Part shown: positions 1 through 11,273 of the stretch, one piece after another
Layout: each line of letters starts with the position of its first letter
Numbering within the stretch: position 1 is the first letter of the stretch
From: Pseudogymnoascus verrucosus
Taxonomy: Eukaryota
Reading direction: 5' to 3' (one strand)
Length of the DNA: 64,000 nucleotides
Assembly: GCA_001662655.1 (NCBI GenBank)
Contig: KV460219.1
Notes under the pieces: model-generated
What the model saw: only the letters and a program-made list of their open reading frames with translations
What the model was told of the DNA's origin: nothing
Database searches by the model: none
Made by a program: the position numbers and the translations under genes

Positions 1-2489
1 GTGACTTCGACGGGACTATCCGAGTCGTCGAGTTCGAGGCGCGCTTTCGCCTTCTTGAGGCGCTCGGGCTTGGGTTCAGAGTCGCTGCGCGAGCGGAGGA
101 TCTTGGTGATTGCGCCAACGGCCGTGGTTTTCGGTGTGTCATTGGCGCCCTTGGGCGCGTCGCTCGTGATGGTCGTGGTGGTTGTGGCGGTGGGCGCGAG
201 GACGGTGGCGCCCTCGGGTTGGACGAGGCGCATTGTCTCTTTGCCGGCTGCGCTGGCGGAGCGCTCAAGTGTTGCTTGGGGCTCGGTCTGCGAGATGTCT
301 TCGTTTTCGTGCTTGCCGAGCTTCGAGGGCGCTTCGGCGCGCATCTTCTGCAGTTTGCTTGGGTTACGCTGTGGGGAGCCGTTGCGACCGCGTGCCGATG
401 CCGTGTCATCAATAGTCGCAGCTGTAACCTCTTCCGAGTCTCTGCTTGGCGCGGGTGAGGTGGTGCGCTCGCTCGAGGCTTTGCCGGGGCCGATGATGAG
501 GTCGTCGGGGTCTTCGTCTGCGGACTTCGATTTCTTGTCCTTGCGCTTGAAGAGACCACTGAGCATGCCTGGCTTCTTGTCCTTGTCCTTTTTATCCTTC
601 TTATCCTTCTTGTCCTTGGCCTTGTCCGATGTCGAATCTTTCTCCAGCTTGTCCAGGCTGCGGCGCTCGCGGATCTCTTTGGACTCGTTCGACGTCCTCG
701 CCGTCGATGCGCTCGAGTCGTCTCGGAGAAGGTTAGGGGTAATGGTGATCTTGCGCGTCTCTACCGTATCGTCCTTGAAGAACGAATCGGTGTTCCGGAC
801 CGTGCCGTTGCGCGACTTCGACGTGCCCTCGGGCCGTCCCTCGAATATCTCGTCGCTCGTCCGCGTGACCTCTCCACTCGGATCTGCATCATCGTCGGAG
901 TCGTCGCCGTCGTCTGTAGTTCCAGCCTTAACCTCGCGTGTTGCCGCCTTCTCGGAGTCTGGCTCCGTAGACGTGGCATCCTCTTCCTTCGCCGCTGCGT
1001 TCTCCTCTTCCGTCTTCTCGTCGTGGTAAGCGAAGTAGGCGTTCTCGCCATCCTCTTCGTCGCTGGAGTATTCGACGTCAGACGCCTCAACATATGTGTG
1101 AGTCTGGTTGAAAGTGACGTTCTTTGCGTTACGTCTGCGGATAGCCTTCTTCAATGGATTCTTGGGCTTATCGGCTTGATCACCTAGCATGGTTGCAGAG
1201 AGCTGCAGTTGTCAGTACGAGGTCATGTGAGAGGTAGATTGTCATACATCAATGTTTCTGTGCTTATTTAATCGTGCCAGTCGTTCTGTCGGGGTTTCGA
1301 TATGTTCTGCTGGTAAGTAGCCTAGAGAAGTGTGAGAAATTGTAATTCCAATAGATGCCAATTAACTCACCAATGCTGCTGTCCTTGACGACCCTGACCA
1401 GCCACCAGTAGCTGTTGCTGTCATCCAGAAGCACCATCGTATCGCCCTTTGTCGCATTTGCTTGTCCCTCGACCGTCGCCACGAAAGTGTGTAAGGCGTA
1501 AACGAATTCGAAATCGATGTCCTCTGTATCTTGTAAGCATTCTGCGCCCCACCCAGAATCAATGAACCTCGGATCTTCAGGATAGGGGAACTCATCGTCT
1601 CCCTCATCCGAACTTTCGCAGGGGAAACACAAGTTATCGTCGTAGGAATCTTCGCTGCCCTCGGAACTGTCCGAGGCAGACTCGGGATGCACTGCAAACA
1701 CGTCGTCGGAATTGTAGGGATCGTAGTCATCATCGTAGGCTTCAATTTCGCCCGGGTCAGAGGCCTCATAGCTGCTCTCTTCTTCCCAGACACGAGCGAT
1801 CGCTGTCAAACTGTTGACTGACACTTGTAGATGGCTGTCGCCAAGGCGATGCGCAAATGATGGCTCGATGAATAACGGAACGGAAGGTAGAAACGCAGGG
1901 TGGTCCTGGTATGGCGAAGAAGAAACCATGCTGGTCTCGTCGGCCAGGGAAGAGTAGCTCATGGAGGTGGTTGTAGAATTGTTATATCCGAGGGGCCAGG
2001 AGCTGAGAGGAGAAGAATACCCACCATCGTCAATGGAAGGGGAGCTCGAGATCTTGTCCATCATATCGTCCTCGTCCATGCTGTCGTCGCCCTCCGCATC
2101 CGCCATATCTGCATCCTCTGCATTGGATCCGCCATTCTGCGACCCATGTGCGCCGTGCTGGTTGTGGTATCCCCCATTCGCAACGGGCTCGATCGCGTCC
2201 GAATCGTCGTACTCCGAGTCGTCGGCATTGGCCCAATTGGACGAGGTATCAGGGTGCTGTCGTCTCTCGTTCTCCTCGACCACGCTCCGAATGGCACCTG
2301 CCTGGTGCGGCGCGGGCGGTCCAGCTCCAATCGCGGATGGATGTGTGGGTTGTCGGGTGTGGTCTTTCGCAGAGGGCGCGTCCTGATCCTGGAGGTCAAT
2401 TGTGTCTGTAGAGGTCTCGTTAGCCATTGAGGGTATAATCCGTGATCGCGCCAATACGAACCCGCACGAATGATTTGTGGTCGCGTCAT
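1..2489 (-). CDS. tea4: SH3-domain cell-polarity protein, Tea4/Bud14/TeaC-like; multi-exon, 3' end runs off the left edge of the window
   Basis: Splicing the ATG at 2489 over intron 2461-2406 (GTTCGT..GCTAAC..CAG) gives MTRPQIIRADTIDLQ. SH3 domain: FVYALHTFVATVEGQANATKGDTMVLLDDSNSYWWLVRVVKDSSIG|YLPAEHIETPTERLARLNKHRNID. A KNVTF RVxF-type PP1-docking motif follows near 1110-1125, then an acidic low-complexity region. Confidence 0.88.
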
Positions 2490-3456
2490 TGTTGGACGTG
2501 GGAGGGTCGTGAGTCGCTCGGAAAGTCGTCAGGAGTCTTTGAGGGTTCGGTCGAAGGAATCTTGGTGCGGGACCCCGTCGCGACGTTTGGCGCCGATGTC
2601 ATGTGCATAGAAGGGTTCGCAGACAGACGAAGAAGTGATCGGATTGCGCAGCGTCGTAAGGTCCAGCGATAATTTTCCTCAGGAGGGTTCGCCTTTGTCG
2701 TTTTGGGGCGATGGGCGGTGGTTGGGAAAGAGGGTCGCGATAGAGTCGGGTAATTCGAAAGCCGGGGGGGTCTCTTGACAGCGGGAGCGATAGCCAGATG
2801 GACTTTTTTAAATTTTTGTTACAGCGGCACGCACAGCGGACCGCGGAGATCACGATGAAACTTGTTTGGACTGTGAAGCAGCGAATATCGCCAGCGTTTG
2901 TCGCTATGTTTTGGTGAAATCAAGAGAGCGTGGTGTTGTTGAAATGGTCGATGCTGTTGGAAGATTGTTGGAGGTGGAGGGTGAAATGTGGAGGGCGGGA
3001 GTTGAATGAAACGAGAGATTGACAGGGACAAAAATGTCCCAGGCGGGAATGGCTGACTCCTGAGATTCAACAAGTACACTACAGGTGTGTTTTGCATACA
3101 AATGGTACTTCTATGCAATGCAAGACAACACAACGCGACAGCACAACACACGATATCTGTGTATATTATTAGATATTATTGGGGTATTGGGGATGTTATG
3201 ATATTATTTAGTAAATGGAATTTTGTTGTATTTTATTTCAATTTATTACGTGCATTTATTGCAGAGTACAGCATATTGTAATTTTAGACCACTGTGGTGT
3301 AGGAATACTGTACCCTACCGCGACTGCGTAATACGCGTATGCTGTGTGTGGGTTAGAAGTACTATACGAGTACCTTTTCTCTAACTTTTCAAGCGACAGA
3401 GACATACAACACTGCTCTGTGCTAGTAGTCAACATCACCACTATGGTGCAATACAG

Positions 3457-3487
3457 CAAATATATAACAAATATATAACAATATAAC
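3457..3487. repeat. Short tandem repeat of CAAATATATAA (about 2.7 copies) in an AT-rich intergenic tract
   Basis: Directly visible: caaatatataa-caaatatataa-caatataa. Confidence 0.6.
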
Positions 3488-3860
3488 CCTAAATGTAAAG
3501 AACTAGCATCAATTATCAGTTATGAGCTTTAACTGAATGATCACGAATTCTTATTTAAAACCAGACTTTAGTTACCATTAACAGCGACGACCAGAACTTA
3601 TAAAAAGTCACCCCCCTTCCCTCGTATAGTATTCCACTTCGCGCCCGCGTACTATTACATTACACCCCTTTTCTCTTTTCTACTTATAATAGTAGTACAT
3701 ACAAACAGAGTACAGTTTTAAATATCTACTTACTAACTTCCTGCTGTACTGTCACTCCTAAACATGCATACTACGCTGCTAGACAGACTCTAATCATCCT
3801 TTAATCCTCCTCTAACAACCTCCCAAGTGCTTTCCAAGTGTCTTGTGCTGGTGGCAGCTC

Positions 3861-3886
3861 CTTGGCTACCTCGACTCTTGGCCACC
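3861..3886 (-). promoter_or_regulatory. Two tandem PacC/Rim101 consensus sites (GCCAAG) upstream of palH
   Basis: CTTGGC (reverse complement GCCAAG, fits GCCARG) at 3861-3866 and 3877-3882, each within a repeated CTTGGCYACC. Confidence 0.4.
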
Positions 3887-4644
3887 TTCCACCCAAAAAA
3901 GCTTGGTTTAGGGACCGAGAATGGGTAAGCTTTCTCCCCCATCTAATCCCACCATCTAGAACACTTCTCCGCCGAAACCCTATATCTACGATAAATCGTC
4001 TAATTGCCTATTTATTGTCTATTTATTATATAGAATCACTAGTTGACATGATCTGAAATCCCAAATCCTTCCAAAAGACCGAGTCATCAACGGCCATTCG
4101 CTGGGTCGTGCTCGGCCGGCCAAAAGTCCACACTAGGGTAAACTTTACTGGTGGTAAGATTGCCCCGCGGGTCGGATACCACCAAGTCAGGGCCAGAAGT
4201 GGCTAATGCTAATGCTTGAGTGTTGAAGGAAGGACATCTCTTCCTCATCCCGCCTCCACCAATACACACTACCCATCGAACATCAAAGCCTCGACGACCG
4301 CGATACCCTCACTCGACACACTCTCCAACGAATACGACGACGCCGACTGTCCCATCCACTGCGGTCAACCCGCCACGTCCTCCCGACTCAATAGCGACAA
4401 TCCGCGACCTCACATATTGAAACCCTCCCACAACACGCGAAAGACCCTGATTTATGCCCGCCATCAACCTCCACCACCCCAAGCACCGCGGGAGATAGGC
4501 TGCGTCAAACAAACGCTGCTGCCAGCAATCATCCGCGCCATGAGATGGCCGACCGCGACCACATAACTGCGGCTCAGACATAATCTTCGTCAACGGTTGC
4601 GCCACGACTGTTGCGCCGCGACTTCCTACCCCCACCGCCTCACC

Positions 4645-6957
4645 ATGGAGGTTCGCGCCTTCTGGGACCAGGCCCACCAGCCCACACCTACCTCGTCCTC
4701 GTCCACGACGGTGTCGGTGTCGAGTTGCACACCGTTTGTCCTACCATCGAATGGCATCATCGAGTTCAACAGCACTGTAGACGTGCTGACCCAGGTCACC
4801 CTCGGTGCCGACGCGCACTTCTACCCCAACTGCACCGGCGCCATAGCCCCAGACGTTACTGTGATCAATGGAAATGTACCGGAGGCAGATACTGCAGAGC
4901 GAGACCCGTTTTATGCCTCGTCGCTGTCCGTAATATACGCCCTGGCCTCTACGACAGTGACGGCATATATGCTTGTCATCCTTCTGTGTATCACACCGCG
5001 CTCGTTCGTATCGGGCGGGACAGTCGTCCTCGGCAGCCGGGGAGGCTTCACCGGCAGCACTTCTGTGCGAGAAACAGGCGTTGGCATTGGAGGTCGCCCT
5101 CTGCTACAAAAAGTGGCAGCCATAAGCGTGGCCATCTCGCTCAGCATCGCTACCGCGAATACCTTCAATATCGCCGAGCAACAATATAATGCCGGATATA
5201 TGGACGCTGTGATGCTGCAGACAGAGGTGCTTGGCAGCCGCGAACTCAAGGTCATCATGGTCATCTCGGACACCTTCCTCTGGCTGGCACAGGCGCAGAC
5301 GCTCATCCGTCTTTTCCCCAGGCAAAGGGAGAAGGTCATTATCAAGTGGACAGCCCTAGCTCTCATCACCCTCTCCGTCATCTTCAGCATCCTCGACGAC
5401 TTCGTCTACGCAGGCTACACCCGCCCCGCCGCCTTCGTCGACGCCATCCCGGCACTCAGCTACCTCTTCCAGATCGCCCTCAGCCTCCTCTACTCCGCCT
5501 GGGTCATCTACTACGCGCTCACCAAAAAACAATACGCCTTCTACCACCCCCGCATGCGCAACATGTGCCTCGTAGCACTCATCTCCCTCGTCTCCATCCT
5601 CGTCCCCGTCGTCTTCTTCGTCGTCGACATCTCCATGCCTGACGTCGCCAGCTGGGGAGACTACGTCCGCTGGGTCGGCGCCGCAGCCGCCAGCGCGGTA
5701 GTCTGGGAATGGGTCGAGCGCATCGAAGCCCTCGAGCGCAACGAGAAGAAAGACGGCGTCCTCGGCCGTGAAGTCTTCGACGGCGACGAAATGCTCGAAG
5801 TCACCCCCTCCACCGTCCTCACCACCGACCACCGCGGCGGCGGCGGAGGCGGAGGAGCCGGGGGTGGAGGTAGAGGCGGTGACCGCGACGGCTCTGGCGC
5901 AGCAACCAAAGCCTCCGGTGCAGGAGACCGCTGGCCAGGCCTAGGCGCCACAGCCCGTCACCGCATTCCCCACCCCCCTCGTCGACGCGCAACATCCAAC
6001 CCCATCCCCCCACAAACACCATCCACAACAACAAACCCACAAAACCACCCCACCTGGCCCGCCCGCCCCCAGCCCGCCGCCACACCCGGCCCGCGCACCG
6101 ACACCGCAAGCGCTGAGAGTACCGTCTACGCCATTCGATACCATCCCATCGGCGATGCGCGCTCCGTGCGCGGTGCCAGCTTCGATGTTGAAGCACAGCA
6201 TGAAGCGGTCCCTGTGGTCACCGGGAACGAAGATTCCACCTCCGTCTCGACCTCAAAATCCGAAGGTGCTACCAGCGCACCACGGCCACAGCAGCAACAG
6301 CCGCCACAAGGAACATGGCGCATCTGGTCCGCGATCGAAGCACTAAACCCCTTCGCGCGCTCCCGCCAGCGTCCACCACCGGAAGTCTCAGCAATGACAG
6401 TCCGTCGTCTCCCCCCGCCCTCGCGCCGCCGTCCTGAACCCACAGAAGAGGGAGGAGGGAAGTGGGACTGGGACGTCCTCGGCAAGCTTGAGGATTTCGC
6501 GAGTAAGCGCGCCGAGAGGGTTCGGGAGATTAGAGGCGGTGGTGGGGGACCGGAGAAGTTACCGGTTATGCGAATCCCAGCGCCGGCTACGAGGAGGGTT
6601 GTCCCGGAGTCGGTGGCCGTGCCGGATGGTGAATCGGAGGCGGTAGCGTCGACGTGGCCGTTGCCTTCGCCGGCGCCGTTACCGCCTGATCCGAATCCGA
6701 CATCGCCGGTCATAGATCCAGATGTGCAGCCCCCCTCACCAGCTCCGTCGCCTGTGCAGCGCGTGAGAGAGGCGCATGAGCAGGCGATGGCGAGGAATGT
6801 TACTATGGGTGGGGGATCTGTTACGAGCGGGGAGAGATCGGCGACGACGACGGTTGATAGATCGTCTACTACGCGGTCGGGGAGTAGTGGAACGGGGGGT
6901 TTGCCAGTTTTGAGAATCCCGGCACCGCCTTTGAGGGGGAGTGGGGGGGTGAGTTGA
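4645..6957 (+). CDS. palH: Ambient pH sensor PalH/Rim21 (7-TM protein with long cytosolic tail), intronless
   Basis: ATG 4645 in CACCATGG context. Motifs CTPFVLPSNG, RDPFYAS, GGRPLLQKVAA, FLWLAQAQTLIRLFPRQREK and WEWVERIEALERNEKKDGVLGREVFDGDEM; several hydrophobic helices followed by a Pro/Ser-rich tail. Confidence 0.93.
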   Translation: MEVRAFWDQAHQPTPTSSSSTTVSVSSCTPFVLPSNGIIEFNSTVDVLTQVTLGADAHFYPNCTGAIAPDVTVINGNVPEADTAERDPFYASSLSVIYALASTTVTAYMLVILLCITPRSFVSGGTVVLGSRGGFTGSTSVRETGVGIGGRPLLQKVAAISVAISLSIATANTFNIAEQQYNAGYMDAVMLQTEVLGSRELKVIMVISDTFLWLAQAQTLIRLFPRQREKVIIKWTALALITLSVIFSILDDFVYAGYTRPAAFVDAIPALSYLFQIALSLLYSAWVIYYALTKKQYAFYHPRMRNMCLVALISLVSILVPVVFFVVDISMPDVASWGDYVRWVGAAAASAVVWEWVERIEALERNEKKDGVLGREVFDGDEMLEVTPSTVLTTDHRGGGGGGGAGGGGRGGDRDGSGAATKASGAGDRWPGLGATARHRIPHPPRRRATSNPIPPQTPSTTTNPQNHPTWPARPQPAATPGPRTDTASAESTVYAIRYHPIGDARSVRGASFDVEAQHEAVPVVTGNEDSTSVSTSKSEGATSAPRPQQQQPPQGTWRIWSAIEALNPFARSRQRPPPEVSAMTVRRLPPPSRRRPEPTEEGGGKWDWDVLGKLEDFASKRAERVREIRGGGGGPEKLPVMRIPAPATRRVVPESVAVPDGESEAVASTWPLPSPAPLPPDPNPTSPVIDPDVQPPSPAPSPVQRVREAHEQAMARNVTMGGGSVTSGERSATTTVDRSSTTRSGSSGTGGLPVLRIPAPPLRGSGGVS

Positions 6958-7709
6958 GTAGAGAGCGTCTGCGCGGAGTTTTTTGGTTTGACTTGAGCAT
7001 GGTTGAATTGGGCGGCGGAGTGTATAACCTATTACTAACTACTATTACTGTGACGAACTTTCCTTTTTGTTCTGTTCTGCTTTTTTGGAAGGCATAGCGC
7101 GGCGTTTGGGAAAGGGAAAATCTTGGGGGTGAGGGGATGGGAGATGGGGCGCTCTGGTGGTGATGGGAGAGCGTTGGCGTTTTTGGGGAACCGGGGTGGG
7201 TGTGGGGGCATATATATACCACAAGTTACGGACAGATATTATGGAGGGATATATCTATGCTATTATCTATCTTGGCTTTTGTGATTTTGGGGATTCACGT
7301 GCTGTTTATCTGAGTTGATCTCTGGCACTGTTTTTGGGTAGATGAGTGATGGTGGTAATGTAGAATGAGAACAGGTTTTGAAATGCAGTTTCTCAGAGTT
7401 GAACGCTAATACTGGAGTTTTGTTAGATGGGTGATGATGCAAATGTAGAATGAGATTGGTTCCTGAGAAATGAATCACTCATGATAGTAGCTGTAATGCC
7501 AAAAGCTAATAGTTAGCCACGGAGCCGAATAGATGCTAGATTGGTGCCTTTACTCTAACTTGTACGCTAAAATGGCGGGGGAGTATCGTACGGCGGCAGT
7601 GACTCCACGAAGGCAATAAAGCCAGCTAATTATTATAAGATGATCCCATATTCACAGATCCCATCTTGCACAACTACGGTTTCAATCACGCACCTCATCC
7701 TCAACTAAT

Positions 7710-8612
7710 ATGGCATCTCACAGTGCCACAGCGGCTTCAGAGCACATCACCCTCCCCTTCGACCTCCGAACTCACCCTAGAGCGTTATACAAACCAGAGA
7801 ACACAAAGTTGCTAGAAAACTTATTCCCGGGGACCTATGAGCTATCGACGGATGGCATGTTCATTTACTTCCTCCAGACAGAGATGCCACCGAAGCCGTG
7901 GCCAAAATCAGTTGCCGGACTCACCCCTTACTTCGCGCTGAGGATGAGTCGGCAATATACGCCTTGTCTCATTGGATTTCAAGTACCGATGAGAAATAGA
8001 GCGATTGCTGAGAGTGTGGTGGAAGGGAGGGATATGGCGGACTGGGAACTGCTGTTTATTATCATCCGGAACTACTTTCGACAGGTAGAGATATCGATTA
8101 CGGAGGTTATGTACTGGAGCAATTCTGTGGTTGTTATACTTCAGCACAGGGATATTAATATAAGGAAGCTTCCCTGGAAAGTGTCGAATATAGGGGTATT
8201 CTACCGCTATGAAGATGAGATGGACAGGCCATCCACGCCTCAATCTCGCTGTGAAACCGACACAAGGCTAGAGAACCAGGTCCTGCTCCAGAGACTAACT
8301 CCTGCTAAGGGTCGACGAACTGGCGAATTCCTTTTCTTGGTCGCATCTGATACAGATCTCATAGAGGGAAGCTTCAAGGTCACCTCGTTCCAGCGAGTTG
8401 AGGAACAGTGGGTATTCACGATTTGGTTGTACATGGGACAGGATTCGTCAGATACCGTGTCTCCGGTATATGGGACTGCTATTTGGACATCTGATGGGGA
8501 TGTTCTGGGCTTCGTTCGATACGCCCCAACAGTGGGGTTGATGAAAGATTGGTGCGCGGGGATCGCGGCTGATGAATTTATTGATAGAGAAGGGTTGCTT
8601 CACAATTATTGA
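7710..8612 (+). CDS. Hypothetical fungal protein, 300 aa, intronless; C-terminus may be a degenerate trypsin-like half-domain
   Basis: Uninterrupted ATG-to-stop ORF with globular composition and an upstream TATA-like element (ttataa near 7633). The C-terminal WLYMGQD..VYGTAIWTSDGDVLGFVRY is recalled as resembling a fungal hypothetical family. Confidence 0.7.
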   Translation: MASHSATAASEHITLPFDLRTHPRALYKPENTKLLENLFPGTYELSTDGMFIYFLQTEMPPKPWPKSVAGLTPYFALRMSRQYTPCLIGFQVPMRNRAIAESVVEGRDMADWELLFIIIRNYFRQVEISITEVMYWSNSVVVILQHRDINIRKLPWKVSNIGVFYRYEDEMDRPSTPQSRCETDTRLENQVLLQRLTPAKGRRTGEFLFLVASDTDLIEGSFKVTSFQRVEEQWVFTIWLYMGQDSSDTVSPVYGTAIWTSDGDVLGFVRYAPTVGLMKDWCAGIAADEFIDREGLLHNY

Positions 8613-8686
8613 TACAGCTAACTGATAAAAAACTAAATATAACACGGGCATAGCAGAAACAACAACTCCGCACACAGAAGACCGTT

Positions 8687-9551
8687 TCATTCCCACTTTT
8701 TATAATCCGAAAAGTACTCCTCATGCACCCTCTCCGCATACCCCATCAAATTCGGCAGCCCCTGAATTATCGCCTTCGTCTCGGGGTTCCTATATATGTA
8801 TCATGTTAGAAATCTAAAACTAGTTTACTCATTCCACAGGGCAAAGACTCACGCAGAAGCAGTCAAAGACGAGACTAAAAACCCAAACAAACACGCATCT
8901 ACATCCGTCGGCCCCTCACCCCCTAATACCCACCCCTCCCCCACCATCCCATCAAGCACCGTCCACGTCTCCAGCCTCAGTGCCGCGATCTCAGCAGGCG
9001 AGTAGCGTCCTGTGCCTTGCCCGTGGAGGGTGCGTATTGTTTTGCTATACACGATTTGGCCGATGATCAGGCGGGGGAGGTAGGGGATTGTGGAGAGGGG
9101 GCCGATGTCGCGCATGGTGTAGAAATTGGTGATCCAGCGTTCGTGGGCCTGGTGGCGGTTAGTGGGTGTGGGGGCGAGGGGGGAGGGGGGGTGGAAGGCT
9201 CACATTTAGGAAGTAGAGTTTATCTTCTAGTAGGGCGCGGATGGCTAGGTCAGTCGCTGCTTGTGCGGGGGATAGGCCTGCATTCAGGTCTGTGATGGTT
9301 CCGGATTTGATCAATGATTTTGTGATCAGTGCGGAGTCGCTGAGGAGAGAGGACTGCCCATCGCTCTCTTCTATCCGCACATATGGCAGTTTCCCCTTCG
9401 GCGACGCTGAGGGCGTCCCTGCCTGTGTGGTGTATGGTAGGTGAGAAAAGCGAAGGCGCGCTTCGAGCTTGACGACGAAGGGGGACCAGGTGTATGCACC
9501 TGGATCGTCGCGGTCGCGGAAGATGGTCAGGGTTGGGGATTTGGAGGGCAT
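8687..9551 (-). CDS. Metaxin/failed-axon-connections (FAX)-like glutathione S-transferase family protein, 3 exons
   Basis: WSPFVVKLEARLRF..SPKGKLPYV..LSDSALI (thioredoxin-like N-domain); WVLGGEGPTDVDACLFGFL (GST C-domain); last exon NPETKAIIQGLPNLMGYAERVHEEYFSDYKKWE*. Confidence 0.85.
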
Positions 9552-10347
9552 GGTTTTGTTTGGGGGGGCTGAAAAGAGGTTTGGGATGGAGGGTGTGGGG
9601 TAATGGTTGTTAGAGATGTTCACCTACATTGGATATGACATCGTGGGATATGTTCACTTTATAGACGGAGCTGAGTCGTCAAATACGGAATTCGGCCTGT
9701 AGGTATAAACCCGGTTGGCCGATCTGGAATCCTTTGCGCTTGATTTAGAAGGCGGTGAAGGCGACTTGTAAGTCACGGAAACTGGCAAGCTGATTGGCTA
9801 AATTGACGTTCATGGATGCGGTAATAAATATTGCTTGCCAGAGGAATAGTACAGTAAACAAATTAGAGATGTCCTATAGTCTAAGATTTTAATTTGTAGG
9901 GATTTCTCTTGCAAAGGGTTCATTTTCATTTAATCACATAAAAATTTAGAAACATATTACCAACTATTTGTTTGGGATTCTTATATTAAGGTTGTTTGAC
10001 CCCCTTTATGACCAGCCAGAACAATCAATTCACGTGACTGTTCATTAAGATTTTAGAACACTGAGCGAAGCCGAACAGGGAGGTGGGGGAGGCCTTGGCG
10101 CGTCGGCCGGGAGTCATACTCGCAGTGCGGGGTGGCCAAGTTATCCCAGTGGCCGCTCGGCTGGACCGGATCGCCGAGGTGAAGGATATATATATATATT
10201 TCTTGTTTCGTTCGCCTTGAATTATTTATTCTCTAATTTTTCCTCCGTTTAAACCTTGCGCTAAGTGATTTCTTTTGACCAGTTCAGAAATTCTGCAAAG
10301 CCTATAACTTTTTGCCTCGGCCCCTGACTTACCCCACCACATCCATA

Positions 10348-11273
10348 ATGGCAACATCAGACCTTCCCCCACAGACCCTGAAGATTGGGGAATACACGTT
10401 TACCATCTCCGAAGGAAAAGATGAGGATATCCCTGGCTTCGTCGACGCTTTCGATGCCGCTTTCGCGGATAATTTGCTTTTTAGTACTATGAGTGGGACT
10501 GCTGACCGCGCAGTGTTGAGGGAGAAAGATATTGCATTCTGGAAGGGACAGTGGACGATGAGCGGGCGGAAGCACTTCAAGGTTGTTGATGAGGCGAATG
10601 GGTAGGGTTATTTTTGTCTCTCACTCCCCAGTTTTATTCGTTTCCGTGATTTCTTCCCTTATCTGGATTCCAATTGCGGGTTTCGACTTTATTTTTGGTG
10701 CCCTTGAGACGCGATGTGATAGGTCTAACGTGTGACCAGCAAAATTGCAGCTATTACCCGCTGGTGGTTCCCACACACCCTGACGTCTGAGGAGGTAGCC
10801 AAAGCTGAGGAGGCCAAGAACGGCCCCCAGCCGGAGCCTGTGCCAGGGACGAATGCCGGGGCGACGAAGGAGTTCGTGAAGCAGTTAGTTGACTACCGGG
10901 ATAAGTGGGTGAAGAATGATGATATGTACAGTACGTTTCCCCCCTCAATTGTTGATTTCCGGCCGACCCGTGTTTGCTGTAATAGGGGTATCAGCTAACC
11001 GTCTGTGTAGTGATGAACATTCTCGCCGTCGTCCCCGCGTACCAGCGGCTGGGTTTGGGGAAGGCGCTGCTGGTGCCCGTGCTAAAGATGGCCGATAAGG
11101 AGGGCAAGAAGACGTACATTGAAGCGTCTGCAGCAGGCGAGAAGCTGTATCGCAGGCTTGGCTGGGTGGAGACTGGAGATACGATTAGCCTTGATTTTAC
11201 AAAGTATGGTGCGAAGGGGGGGGTTGATGTCAATCTTATGATGAGGGAACCAGGGGCAGGGATTGCGCTATGA
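10348..11273 (+). CDS. GNAT-family N-acetyltransferase (copy 1), 3 exons
   Basis: Acetyl-CoA binding motif LAVVPAYQRLGLGKALL, then YIEASAAGEKLYRRLGW. Introns follow DEANG and DMY. A (TA)n/TATA run lies at about 10186-10199. Confidence 0.88.

Noticed and set aside
1..1029. 342-aa plus-strand ORF
   Set aside because: Antisense shadow of the charged, low-complexity Tea4-like exon; it has no ATG start and is Ser/Leu/Phe-rich, as expected for such a mirror.
3484..3492. TAACCCTAA, matching a TTAGGG telomerase-RNA template or telomere seed
   Set aside because: A single 9-mer formed at the end of an AT-rich tandem repeat; I could not identify other telomerase RNA elements. A covariance-model search would be needed to revive it.
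3150..3830. AT/TpA-rich tract suggesting a RIP-degraded transposon
   Set aside because: No terminal repeats or transposase/RT remnants are recognisable; it is compatible with ordinary intergenic DNA.
7488..7510. GCTGTAATG resembling the 5' motif of fungal SRP RNA
   Set aside because: No downstream SRP helix 6/8 motifs or Pol III terminator were found at the expected distance.
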